NCBI RefSeq assembly: GCF_006345805.1
Contig: NC_043014.1
Span: forward strand, 10,664,001 to 10,728,000
Length of the DNA stretch: 64,000 bases
Direction of reading: 5' to 3'
Source: Octopus sinensis
Lineage: Eukaryota
Shown here: positions 12,675 to 24,250 of the stretch, piece by piece
Position numbering within the stretch: position 1 is the stretch's first letter
Layout: every line of letters begins with the position of its first letter
Program-made: the position numbers and the translations under genes
The notes under the pieces: model-generated
The model's database searches: none
Seen by the model: the letters and a program-made list of their open reading frames with translations, nothing else
Told to the model about the DNA's origin: nothing

Positions 12675-12961
12675 TGGAGGCGCAATGGCCCAGTGGTTAG
12701 GGCAGCGGACTCGCGGTCGTAGGATCGCGGTTTCGATTCCCAAACCGGGCGTTGTGAGTGTTCATTGAATGAAAACACCTAAAGCTCCACGAGGCTCCGG
12801 TAGGGGCCCCTGCTGTACTCTTTCGCCACAACTTTCTCTCACTCTTTCTCCTGTGGGCCTGCTCACTTAGCCAGCGAGGTAGCGTCATTTGAAGGCTAAA
12901 ACAATGCGAAGCGCATTGTGACCAGCGATGTGTGCAACATCTGATAACCTGGTCGGTCACG

Positions 12962-12965
<4 letters not shown>
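12675..12965 (+). mobile_element. tRNA(Arg-like)-head SINE with tail type B, ending in (TA)n
   Basis: A box TGGCCCAGTGG, B-box-like GTTTCGATTCC; tail AACAATGCGAAGCGCATTGTGACCAG...GGTCACGGTGAT. Confidence 0.85.
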
Positions 12966-13000
<35 letters not shown>

Positions 13001-13045
13001 GTATATAGTATTTTTGTATTTGTTTTTGTATAGTGTGTATAAAAA

Positions 13046-13131
13046 ACATCCTGATGAGGAGAGGAGTGTCAGTTTTGATAATATAAAATATATCATATTA
13101 CTTGGCACGTCTCTGAAACGGCCGTAGATGT
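13046..13131 (+). ncRNA. Type-I hammerhead ribozyme with long stem II
   Basis: acatc CTGATGA ggagag..gtgtca..tggcac.tctct GAAAC ggcc GTA gatgt. Core intact; stem III palindromic (ACGGCCGU). Confidence 0.8.
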
Positions 13132-13541
13132 AACTCTGAAATTTTTTATTTCTGTTATTTTTCGGAGGTTTTTAATACGTCCTTTTAATATTTCATCATC
13201 CCAAATTTTTAATTTTACCAATATTTTATAACTTTTAAAATGTAAATTCACTGTGTTTTATGTTTTATGTATAACACTGACTTAAATTTATTTATATATA
13301 TTTTCATATCTTTATATCTGGAATTTATACATCCGTGTTATAAATGTGGAAGAATATATGAATATCTGAATCTATTTGATTTTCGAGTGTCGATCTTAAT
13401 TATGTTCCACTAGTTTCCGCTTGCATTGCCTCCGTTCAAATTATGAAGTGAAATATAACTCATTTGGAGCACTACAACTCCAGTCTGTATTTTTTGCGAG
13501 TATTGTTAAGACTAGCAATCTCAAAATAGAGCCGTGTATTT

Positions 13542-13580
<39 letters not shown>

Positions 13581-13627
13581 CAATATGTATGTATGTATAA
13601 TATATTTGCTTATATATGTATGCCTGA

Positions 13628-13668
<41 letters not shown>

Positions 13669-13669
13669 T

Positions 13670-14020
13670 GTAAGCTTGCTTCTCAACCACATGGTCCCGG
13701 GTTCAGTCCCACTGCGTGGCACTTTGGGCAAGTGTCTTGTACTATAGCTTCGGGCCTTGTGAGTGGATTTGGTAGACGGAAACTGAAAGAAGCCTGTCAT
13801 GTATATATATATATGTGTGTGTGTGTGTGTATTTATGTGTGTGTCTATCTATCCCCAACCGCCTTATATCACTTGATAACCGACTTTGGGGTGTTTACGT
13901 ACTCGTAACTTAGCGATTCGTCAAAACAAACCGATAGAATAAGTTCTAAGCTTACAAAGGCTAAGTCCTGGGGTCAATTTCTTCGACTAACCCCTTAAGG
14001 CGGTGCTCCAGCATGGCCCT
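13670..14020 (+). mobile_element. CORE/V-like SINE
   Basis: CCACATGGTCCCGGGTTCAGTCCCACTGCGTGGCACTTTGGGCAAGTGTC... through GGTGCTCCAGCATGGCC. Confidence 0.8.
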
Positions 14021-14314
14021 CACAAACCTACTAACATGATGTAGAGCGAGTTGGCAGAATCGTTACCGCGCCGGGCAAAATGCTTAGCTGTTGTTCTTTC
14101 TGCTCTTCGGGTTCTGAGTTCAAATGCCGCCGAGATCGACTCTGTCGCGTTCATCCTTCAGAAATCGATAAAATAACTATCAGTTGAGCACTGGAGCCAA
14201 TATAATCAATTAACCAAAAGTTTGAAACATTTTATTTAAAGCTTTTGAAGATTTGACACCAAGCTCCATTCTGGTTGGATTTCACGGTGAAAACAGCGAC
14301 GGTTGTAACTTAAT

Positions 14315-15476
14315 TTAAGGCGGCGAGCTGGCAGAAACGTTAGCACGCCGGGCGAAATGCTTAGCGGTATTTCGTCTGCGTTGCGTTGTGAGTTCAAATT
14401 CCGCCGAGGTCGACTTTGCCTTTCATCCTTTCGGGATCGATAAATTAAGTACCAGTTACGCACTGGGGTCGATGTAATCGACTTAATACCTATGTCTGTC
14501 CTCGTTTGTCCCCTCTGTGTTTAGCCCCTTGTGGGTAATAAAGAAATAGGTATTTCGTCTGCGTTACGTTGTGAGTTCAAATTCCGACGAGGTCGACTTT
14601 GCCTTTCACCCTTTCGGGGTCGATAAATTAAGTATCAGTTACGCACTGGGGTCGATGTAATCGACTTAATACCTATGTCTGTCCTCGTTTGTCCCCTCTG
14701 TGTTTAGCCCCTTGTGGGTAATAAAGAAATAGAAATAGGTATTTCGTCTGCGTTACGTTGTGAGTTCAAATTCCGCTGAGGTCAACTTTGCCTTTCATCC
14801 TTTCGGGGTCGATAAATTAAGTACCAGTTACGCACTGGGGTCGATGTAATCGACTTAATACCTATGTCTGTCCTTGTTTGTCCCCTCTGTGTTTAGCCCC
14901 TTGTGGGTAATAAAGAAATAGGTATTTCGTCTGCATTACGTTGTGAGTTCAAATTCCGACGAGGTCGACTTTGCCTTTCACCCTTTCGGGGTCGATAAAT
15001 TAAGTATCAGTTACGCACTGGGGTCGATGTAATCGACTTAATACCTATGTCTGTCCTCGTTTGTCCCCTCTGTGTTTAGCCCCTTGTGGGTAATAAAGAA
15101 ATAGAAATAGGTATTTCGTCTGCGTTACGTTGTGAGTTCAAATTCCGACGAGGTCGACTTTGCCTTTCATCCTTTCGGGGTCGATAAATTAAGTACCAGT
15201 TACGCACTGGGGTCGAGGTAATCAACTTAATACCTATGTCTGTCCTTGTTTGTCCCCTCTGTGTTTAGCCCCTTGTGGGTAATAAAGAAATAGGTATTTC
15301 GTCTGCGTTACGTTGTGAGTTCAAATTCCGACGAGGTCGACTTTGCCTTTCACCCTTTCGGGGTCGATAAATTAAGTACCAGTTACGCACTGGGGTCGAT
15401 GTAATCGACTTAATACCTATGTCTGTCCTTGTTTGTCCCCCTCTGTGTTTAGCCCCTTGTAGGTAATAAAGAAATA
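14315..15476 (+). mobile_element. Six-unit head-to-tail SINE array with one head and a 14-bp TSD
   Basis: TSD GGTTGTAACTTAAT at 14301-14314 and 15477-15490. Internal units restart at GGTATTTCG with a period of about 185 bp. Confidence 0.92.
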
Positions 15477-15914
15477 GGTTGTAACTTAATACAGCAATTC
15501 ATTAATACAGCAATTCAACGGTTTCCTAATGACAACGATGTTACTTTTATTCTATTAGCTTAGTAATTCATATTAGTACTCATCACTAATAGAGAGGCAA
15601 AGACAAACAGGCAGAGAGAGACAGGGTAAGAGAGGGTGATTGAGAGGGTACGAACGAGAAGTGATATATATACATATATATATACATTTGTGTGTGTGTG
15701 TGTGAGAGAGACAAATGCAGAGGTTCAACATGAAAAAGGATACGATCAATGGAAACTAACTATAGCCTTTTACAAAGATAGTTAATCTGCTAGAGTCATT
15801 TAAGCTCCGTATAGACATCTTCTCATTGGCTTGTATTATTATATTTCTGTGACTTCACGGGTAGGTACCGCTGTTCCACTCCAATTAGTACCGCGCGCAC
15901 CCATGACTCCAGCA

Positions 15915-16101
<187 letters not shown>

Positions 16102-16599
16102 AGTAGTCTGAAGATGAAAATAGCAGTGCTGTTATGTCTGCTTGCATTTCGAGTACATTCATTCAATATGGCAGCTATTTCAGGTGCTTGTTGGTATAGT
16201 TATAAAACGGTTGACTAACGTAGCGGGGGCTGTTAGTATCGTTAGTGCGTCGGAACAAATGCTTAACAGCGTTTCTTCCGTCTAAGCATTAGGTTCCGGG
16301 TTCAAATTCCGCCGAGGCCGACTCTGTCTTTCATCTCTTTCAGCGGTTGATAAGAAAAATTACCTGCTGAGGAACAAGAACACTGGTGTTGCTTTAATCG
16401 ACTTATCCCAAAATGCTTAAAATTATAGGCTTTGCGTGGAAGTTTCAAAAATAACACTGTTTAATAACATTTTTATTTTTTTAATTAAAAAAAAGAATTT
16501 TTATTGCCCACAGGGGTTAAGCATAGAGGGGACAAACAAGGACAGACAAACGGATTAAGTTGATTACATCGACCCCAGTGCGTAACTGGACTGAAGCAA

Positions 16600-17100
16600 C
16601 TAAAGAATTAAAAGACAGAAGACAGTAGGATAAAGCGAAATAAACATTGGTGCTCTGCCCAACGCAGAAACTTGTGTAGCTACTCAGAGGTATCGCAAGG
16701 TCTTCTTACTCCAACTCATTGTTGACATCATTTCTGTATTTTCAACAGACATCTCAGGATCACAAGCGGTTTGTCCCTGGGCCTGTACGCTTCGCCTGTT
16801 CAGGGCACTGAAGACTGAATTAGTCTTTGCCAGCGAAAGGGTTCCACCTGCAGTTTCTTGTAAACCACAAAAACACTGAACTGTTCTGTGCTGCGATATG
16901 ACTTTGGTGACTTTCTTAAATTTTTTCGTGTTCCAGATCAATCTTCTGCAGTTAACAGTGTATCGATTTAGCTGGAAAGCTGAAGGAACTGACTTCAATA
17001 AGGAACGAAACCGCGTGTCATCCCTTGACAAGTCCTCGTCAAGCAAGTCCCAATATTTGGTTTTCTTTTGTAATTTTCACAGAAAATATATTTGAAGTTC
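16600..17100 (-). mobile_element. HERO-like (RLE-clade) non-LTR retrotransposon 3' fragment
   Basis: Frameshift-joined translation KTKYWDLLDEDLSR/G*HAVSFLIEVSSFSFPAKS...SSVFLWFTRNCRW fits the K..KY.DL...GW....EVG.RGF...S..LW..R C-terminal motif. Confidence 0.6.
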
Positions 17101-17106
17101 CGTGCA

Positions 17107-17311
17107 ACAGCACGGAATTTTGTCAGTGAACAGGTCACGGTCACGAAACAACGAAAATATTTTGACAAATTAAATTTAAATGTTGAAGTGAATCTAACGG
17201 TTTTTCTGTGTTTCTTAAATGGCTTATAAGCACTTTCCACGCTGCAATTGTTTTCGTTCCAGAACACGATCTCAGATCAGGTCACTTGCTATGCAAGTAC
17301 ATCTCCGTAAT
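17107..17311. repeat. Unclassified ~205-bp interspersed repeat (also 21035-21241 and 21271-21472), possibly a PLE pLTR
   Basis: Three near-identical copies ending GCAAGTACATCTCCGTAATA, one next to (TA)n. Confidence 0.7.
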
Positions 17312-17339
17312 ATTTGAAGTATTTCATGATTAATGAATA

Positions 17340-18365
17340 ACTATATATTGGTGCTTTTAACGATCAGAGAATATTCTGTATTGCAAACAACTTGCACATG
17401 CAAGTGCTACCAGTAAAAAAAACTCTGCATACCGAAAGCCAGCAAGTGTATGGGGTCATCAGGAGAGAATGCGCGCCGTTTCGGGGCCTACCTGTCGACG
17501 GCATCAATGCACACCGACCACCCCTCACTGATATGAGGCTCCGCTTGCTAGATCAACTGGTTATCAAATAAAGCTCAATATTCTTTTAGCCATCGCTGAT
17601 CCAATGGTTAGCCTTCTCCACTGTAGTTTGGATATCGGTCATGGTGGTATTGACTTTACGAAGGCGGCGAGCTGGCAGAAACGTTAGCACGCCGGGCGAA
17701 ATACGTAGCCGTATTTCGTCTGCCATTACGTTGTGAGTTCAAATTCCGCCGAGGTCAACTTTGTCTTTTGTCCTTCCGGAGTCGATAAATTAAGTACCAG
17801 TTACGCACTGGGGTCGATATAATCGACATAATCCGTTTGTCTGTCCTTGTTTGTCCGCTCTGTGTTTATCCCCTTGTGGGCAATAAAGAAATAGGTATTT
17901 CTTCTGCCGTTACGTTCTGAGTTCAAATTCCGCCGAGGTCGACTTTGTCTTTCATCCTTCCGTAGTCGATAAATTAAGTACCAGTTACGCACTGGGGTCG
18001 ATATAATCGACTTAATCCGTTTGTCTGTCCTTGTTTGTCCTCTCTGTGTTTAACCCCTTGTGGGCAATAAAGAAATAGGTATTTCGTCTGCTGCTACGTT
18101 CTGAGTTCAAATTCCGCCGAGGTCAACTTTGCCTTTCCTCCTTTCGGAGTCGATAAATTAAGTACCGGTTACGCACTGGGGTCGATATAATCGACTTAAT
18201 CCGTGTGTCTGTCCTTGTTTGTCCTCTCTGTGTCTAGCCCACTGTGGGTAGTAAAGAAATAGGTATTGACTTTACGATGAGTCGGGCCTAACGATAACAA
18301 CCGTTGTCTCACACTGTGTCCAAATTTGGCCTGGAGGTTTATACCCATCAAATAATGCATGGACA
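17340..18365 (-). mobile_element. Second HERO-like 3' fragment, interrupted by a SINE array
   Basis: Removing the array plus one TSD restores the frame GHSVRQRLLSLGPTHRKVNTTMTDIQTTVEKANHWI. A structured 3' UTR follows. Confidence 0.6.
17662..18261 (+). mobile_element. Three-unit SINE array with 16-bp TSD
   Basis: TSD GGTATTGACTTTACGA at 17646-17661 and 18262-18277. Confidence 0.92.
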
Positions 18366-18907
18366 CCACTTACGTTGGAATGTCTCTATAACTTCAAGAA
18401 TATATGTTAGTTCTGCGTTATTTTAGATTTATTTTCTTTTTTCATACTCTGAATTTCATTTCCTACACAAGCTTTTATCCGGTCTGGTTTCTGTATTAAT
18501 CTTACTCCTAATAAAACCGTTAGAAGCATTCAGAGTATTCATAAAATGTTCCATTCCCATTTGGGAAAAGATTCTTCAAACGATTCTTCCTCTCCGAGAT
18601 ATAAAACAGGCAATCAGGTCTGTAATCTCGTCATTTATCACTATATTCAAAAATTTTCAACAAACATAAGTATAACATTTCAAAAAAAAAAAAAAAACAA
18701 GAATAAAAGCTAAAAAAAAGGCAAAAACAAAAATAGAAAAAGAAATAGCAACAGAAATCGTGTGAAATAGCTTGAAATTCTGTTGTAAAAAAACCAGTTG
18801 GGTTTACATATAACATACCCCAATGCATAAATATAGACAACGGGAAATGTGATAATATACGTATGTATATATGAACATAAATATATATGTATACATGAAT
18901 ATATAAT

Positions 18908-18946
<39 letters not shown>

Positions 18947-19352
18947 TTCATATTATGTATATAATATATATATAATATATATATATATTATATATATATA
19001 TATACCTATATGTGTGTGTGTATGTTTTATGCATATATACATATCACATATATATCAATACTTATATTATCGTGTGTGTGTGTGTGTATATATGTTATAT
19101 TTTTATCCGTATGTATATCTGTATCAGTTAGATTTGCAAGGCACGTACATCCGTCCTTGAGATAGACTACTTTGAAGAGTTTCCAACTTAGTCATCCTGG
19201 GGTCATGTCTCTAATAATAAACTTACATCACGCCAGCTTTCCGTATCGGTGCCAAAACTATTTCAGGTCAAGGAGAAAAAAAAATTAAACGAATTCAACA
19301 TTATTTTTAACATAGAAACGGATTCAAGACTATAATATATATATTATATATG

Positions 19353-19384
<32 letters not shown>

Positions 19385-19430
19385 ATATATAATATATATA
19401 TAATAATATATTATATATATATATATATAT

Positions 19431-19755
19431 AAAATATTATTTGAGACAAAACACTATTATTTGCAAAACAAACAGGAAAGACTTAATCAATACATAAATT
19501 TAATAAATAGTCAAAAAAACCGCCACTACAATCGTTTCTTGTCTTGATCGACAATCTTCAGGTGGACTTCCAATAATTCAGTTACAAATTACATAATTTG
19601 TAACTGAATTATTGGAAGTCCACCTGAAGATTGTCGATCAAGACAAGAAACGATTGTAGTGGCGGTTTTTTTTGACTATTTATTAAATTTTATGTATTGA
19701 TTAAGTCTTTCCTTGTTTGTTTTGCAAAATAGTGTTTTGTCTCAAATAATATTTT
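19431..19755. mobile_element. Near-perfect 325-bp palindrome (inverted PLE pLTR pair) between (TA)n tracts
   Basis: Arms are reverse complements about a centre at 19592, and each arm carries a hammerhead. Confidence 0.85.
19620..19662 (+). ncRNA. Minimal hammerhead ribozyme (mirror copy on the minus strand at 19523-19565)
   Basis: ccac CTGAAGA ttgtc gatcaa gacaa GAAAC gatt GTA gtgg. Confidence 0.85.
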
Positions 19756-19833
19756 AATATTTTACTATAAAATTGGATTTAATCCTAAATCTGATTTTTT
19801 CCCTGTAAATTTGGATATATCCCTAATATTTAT

Positions 19834-19868
<35 letters not shown>

Positions 19869-20051
19869 GATAAAAATAATGTATCCCATTTATAAATTAC
19901 TGAGAAACAGGTATAAACACACATGGTTTTTTTAAATAGAAATAGGATGTTTTAATATTAGAAAAGTTCGAGTTTTTGAACTCCTCAGGTGCAGAATTAA
20001 ATATCTAACGGCGTGGGTAGAGTAAGAGAAATGTTAGTGTCAGACTTATGT

Positions 20052-20960
20052 TATGAGACGTTTTGGCGCCGCCTTCTTGGCGTTGATAATTCGACGCTGA
20101 TTTATTTGATATCAGATGTTTTTTAATACTTCGTTTGTTTTAATTTTTCTCCCGTCCTCCTTCCGTCCCTCAGCTTTTTCTCTCTGTCTATCTGTCAGTC
20201 TGTCTGTCTGTTTATCTGTCTGTCTGTTTGTTTGTCGTTCTCTCTCCCTCTCACTTTCTCTCTCTCTTTCTTTCTATTTCTCCTTGTGCGTGTGTCTCTC
20301 TCTCTTTCTCTGTCTCTCTCTCCACCTGTATTATCTCTTGTGAAAGGTAGAAGAGTCCAGTTTGCTGGACATTGTTGCAGAGCTGAAAACGAGGCAATTT
20401 CTACTCTTCTCCTCTGGAAGCCATCTGCTTGCGATACCAGAGGGTGCACACTCTCCTACCCTGATGTAATCTCCAGGGATATAGGCATCCAGCAACAGGA
20501 CCTCCGTAATGCTATGATGGACCGTGAAGTCTGGCGTAACACAGTAAATTCCATTGTCTCGACCACGGTCGAACAATGATGATGATGATTTTCTCCCTTC
20601 TCTCTTTCTCTCCCCTCCTTCTCAGTATGTGTACGAGCATATTTCGTTATTTGTATGAGATGAAATGTACCTATGACATGTGTTCAGTTATCAAACTGTA
20701 ATCTCTTTCTCTTCCCTATCTCCATCCTCTCTCTCTCTCTCTCTCTCTCTTTTCTCTCTCTCTCTCTTTTCTCTCTCTCCCCCTCTTTGTATCTGTATGT
20801 GTATATTACTGAACGCAAAGTTGTGTTTGTGTGTGTTTGTGTGTATGTGTGTGTGCGTGCTTGTCTTTTGTGACAAAAATATTGTCCCCAACACAGAGTG
20901 TCCATTCAGCCGTGCCAAACCTTCAGCGTCGAAACAGCTGCGCCTGGTTGTCTAACTCCG
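20052..20960. mobile_element. Degenerate MITE-like element (relative of 40870-41365), interrupted by an RTE fragment
   Basis: GAGACGTTTTGGCGCC start and GCGTCGAAACAGCTGCGCC..TTGTCT end are shared with the 40.9-kb copy. Confidence 0.45.
20325..20589 (+). mobile_element. RTE-clade LINE 3' end with (TGA)n tail
   Basis: RRVQFAGHCCRAENEAISTLLLWKP...AMMDREVWR*, the FAGH..R / LLW.P / DR..W RTE C-terminus. Confidence 0.85.
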
Positions 20961-21614
20961 CAGACAAAATGCCTGATAATAGCTATGTCACTATACATTG
21001 GGTTTCAAATACCTCAAGTTCAATAATACTATAACAACAGCATGGAATTTTGTCAGTGAACAGGTCGCGGTCTCAAAGCGACGAAAATATTTTGGTAAAT
21101 TAAATTTAAATGTTGAAGTGAATCTAAAGGTTTTTGTGTGTTTCTTAAATGGCTTATAAACACCTTTCACGCTGCAATTGTTTTTGTTCCAGCACACGAT
21201 CTCAGATCAGGTCACTTGCTATGCAAGTACATCTCCGTAATATATACATACATATATATATATGTATATATAGCACGGAATTTTGTTAGTGAACTGGTTG
21301 CGGTCTCAAAGCAACGAAAATATTTTGGCAAATTATATTTAAGTGTGGAAGTGAATCTAGCGGTTTTGTGTGTTTCTTAAATGGCTTATAAACACCATCC
21401 ATGCTGCAATTGTTTTCGTTCCAGAACACGATCTCAGATCAGGTCACTTGCTATGCAAGTACATCTCCGTAATAATACTAGAAATTACTAGAAAGAAATT
21501 AAACCCTCCTTCCTGTGTAATAACAGTGATTGCATGGTCACTGCTTCTCTATATATCAATGGAAAGTAGATTTGACTAGCATGCGGTCAGTGGGTCCCTA
21601 CAGCTGATGAGGTG

Positions 21615-21785
21615 CAATTTTACAAGACTCAAACAACTCCCTAAGAGACTGAAGGATATCGGAACTGAAATATTTCGAGTTGATTTGCAGAAAAGTGCAA
21701 TCCTGTATTCTGTAAGGATTCTATGAAAGATCATTAAGCCTTGAGGAGACTTGTTGTCATTAAACATAAAAAAAAAAAAAAAAAC
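21615..21785 (+). mobile_element. R4/Dong-like LINE 3' fragment
   Basis: KQLPKRLKDIGTEIFRVDLQKSAILYSVRIL*K resembles the R4 LQK..LL....ILRK terminus; an A-rich tail follows. Confidence 0.55.
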
Positions 21786-21829
21786 AGCTAATTAAAATTA
21801 GCATGTAATAATTATATCTTTTTTTACCT

Positions 21830-22043
21830 GTTCCATTCATTAGACTGCGGCCATCCTGGAGCACCGCCTTAAAGAATTTTAGTCGAAACAATTGGCTTCA
21901 GAACTTATTCGTTTTTAGCCTGGTACTTACTGTATCGCTGTCTTTAGCAGAAACGCTAAAAGAAACGTAAACACAGCAACAGCGGTTGTCAAACAGTGGT
22001 GGTGAGAAAACATAGACACAAATACACATACACACACAGATGC

Positions 22044-22082
<39 letters not shown>

Positions 22083-22270
22083 TATATATAGAGAGAGGGA
22101 TATACATATATACGACGGGCTTCTTTCAGTTTCCGTCTACCAAATCCACTCACAAGGCTTTGGTCGGCCCAAGGCTATAGTTGAAGACACTCGCCCAAGG
22201 TGCCACGCAGTGAGACTGAACCAGGAGTTGTGTGACTTGTAAGCATACTTCTTACCACACAGCGCCTATA
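21830..22270 (-). mobile_element. CORE/V-like SINE
   Basis: Same family as 10865. Confidence 0.8.
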
Positions 22271-22464
22271 ATAGTTTCATTTTTAGCACAATGCCTGAAA
22301 TTTCAGAAGGTGGGGGTCACTCGATTACATAGACCCGAGTGCTCAACTGTTACTTATTTTATCGACACGTAGAAGATCAAAAGCAAAGACCTCGGTGGGA
22401 TTTGCACTTAGAACGTAAAGTGTCAGAAGAAATGCCACTTAACATTTTGTTTGATGCACTCTGC

Positions 22465-22720
22465 TGAGAGGAGGCTCATGGCCTAGAGGTTAGAGTAGCG
22501 GCCTCGCGGTCCAAGAATCGTGGATTCGAATCTCAGACTGGGCGTGTTTATGAGCGAAACACCTAAGTTTCATTCGGCTCCGGCAGAAGGTAATGGCGAA
22601 CTTCTGCTGAATCTTTCGTCACAACTTTCTCTCATTCTTTCCTCCTGCATCTAGCTGCTCACCTGCCACGGATCTGCGTCTCGTCCGGGTGAGAAGCTAT
22701 ACGTCAAGGAAACCGACTTT
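22465..22720 (+). mobile_element. tRNA(Arg-like)-head SINE with a third tail type
   Basis: Diverged head GGAGGCTCATGGCCTAGAGGTTAG..., departs from tails A and B after ACAACTTTCTCTCA. Confidence 0.6.
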
Positions 22721-22764
22721 GTTAAGCTATACGTAAACAAACTATTCTTTTTTTTCTTTCTTCT

Positions 22765-23133
22765 AGTTGTTTCAGTCACCGGGCTGCGGCCATGCCGGAG
22801 CACCGCCTTTAGTCGAGCAAATCAACCCCAGCACTTATTCTTTGTAAGCCTAGTACTTATTCTATCGGTCTCTCTTGCCAAACCGCTAAGTGACGGAGAC
22901 ATAAACACACCATCATCGGTTGTCAAGCGATGTTGGGGGGACAAACACAGACACACAAACATACACATACATAAATACATATATACGATGGGCTTCTTTC
23001 AGTTTCCGTCTACCAAATCCACTCACAAGGCTTTGGTCGGCCCGAGGCTATGGTACAAGACACTTGCCCAAGGTACCACGCAGTTGGATTGAACCCAGGA
23101 CCATGTGGTTGGTAAGCAGCCACTCCTGCGCCT
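22765..23133 (-). mobile_element. CORE/V-like SINE
   Basis: Same family; head GGCGCAGGAGTGGCTG. Confidence 0.8.
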
Positions 23134-23470
23134 AGTGGAGATACATCTATCAAAGATTAATTACTTTACGTACATCAGAGCTTAAGTCTTCAGTTATTTC
23201 TGTTTAGTTCCCTCAGATTCGTTTCACACTCACTGTTGACATTCTTTTGTTTATCTTCTCCTATCAGATGTCCCTTTTCTTTTCCTGCTGACCAACTTCC
23301 TTACGAGCCCGTAGCGAAGTTTCTGCCCTACACTACTTTATTTTATTTTATTGGCCCCCGAAATGGTGAAAGGCAAAGTTGACTTCGTCTTAGTTTTAAC
23401 TCAAAATGTAAAGAGCCGCAACAAGAGTCATAAGGATCTCTTTTCGACGGTCTAACGATTCTACCAACCA

Positions 23471-23514
<44 letters not shown>

Positions 23515-23515
<1 letters not shown>

Positions 23516-24250
23516 CCTTTCTACTAAAGGCACAAGGCCTAAAATATGGAGCGAAGGGACTAGTTGATTACATCGACCTCAGTGCTAAACTGGTACTTAA
23601 TTTATGGACCCTGAAAGATGAAATACAAAGGGAACCTCGGTAGAATTTGAACTTAGAACATAAAGGCGGATGAAATGCCGCTAAGCATTTCGCCCGGCGT
23701 GTTAACCATCCTGCCAATAACAATAATAACAACAATAATAATCGTTTCTATGATAGACACAAGACCTGAAATTTTGGAGAAGGGGCTAGACAAATGCATC
23801 TACCCCTGTGCGTAACTGGTACTTAATTTATCGACTCCGAAAGGTTGAAAGGCAAAGTTGACCTTGTCGGAATTTGATCTCAGAACATACTTTTCTATTC
23901 AAGGCACGAGATCCGGAATTTTGGGAGAGGGGACTAGTCGATCAGACTGACCCCAATACGCAACTGGTACTTAATTTATCCACCCCCAAAAGGATGAAAG
24001 ACAAAATCGACCTCGGTGGAATTTGAACTCAGAACATACTTTTCTATTCAAGGCACAAGGCCCGGAATTTTGGGAGAGGGGACAAGTCGATTAGATCGAC
24101 CCGAATACGCAACTTGTACTTAATTTATCGACCCCCAAAAGGATGAAAGACAAAATCGACCTCGGTGGAATTTGAACTCAGAACCTAAAGACAGACGAAA
24201 TACAGTTAAGCATTTCGCCCGGTGAGCTAACCATTCTGCCAGCTAACCAC
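23515..24250 (-). mobile_element. Cluster of old-tail Meta-like SINEs with a local tandem duplication (about 23890-24190)
   Basis: Units with tail CCCCTC..CCAAAATT(T/C)C(A/G)GG(C/T)CTTGTG..AGAAA beside (AAT)n. Confidence 0.75.

Noticed and set aside
12675-12750. tRNA-Arg-like gene
   Set aside because: It runs into a SINE body, lacks a proper acceptor stem and terminator, and is multicopy.
14315-15476. CRISPR-like regular array
   Set aside because: Units are wholly repeated ~185-bp SINE bodies with no unique spacers, and there are no cas genes.
17445-17490. Type-II hammerhead (GAAAC...CTGATGA)
   Set aside because: The would-be stem II strands are CCCC and CCCC and cannot pair; kept only as a UTR hairpin.
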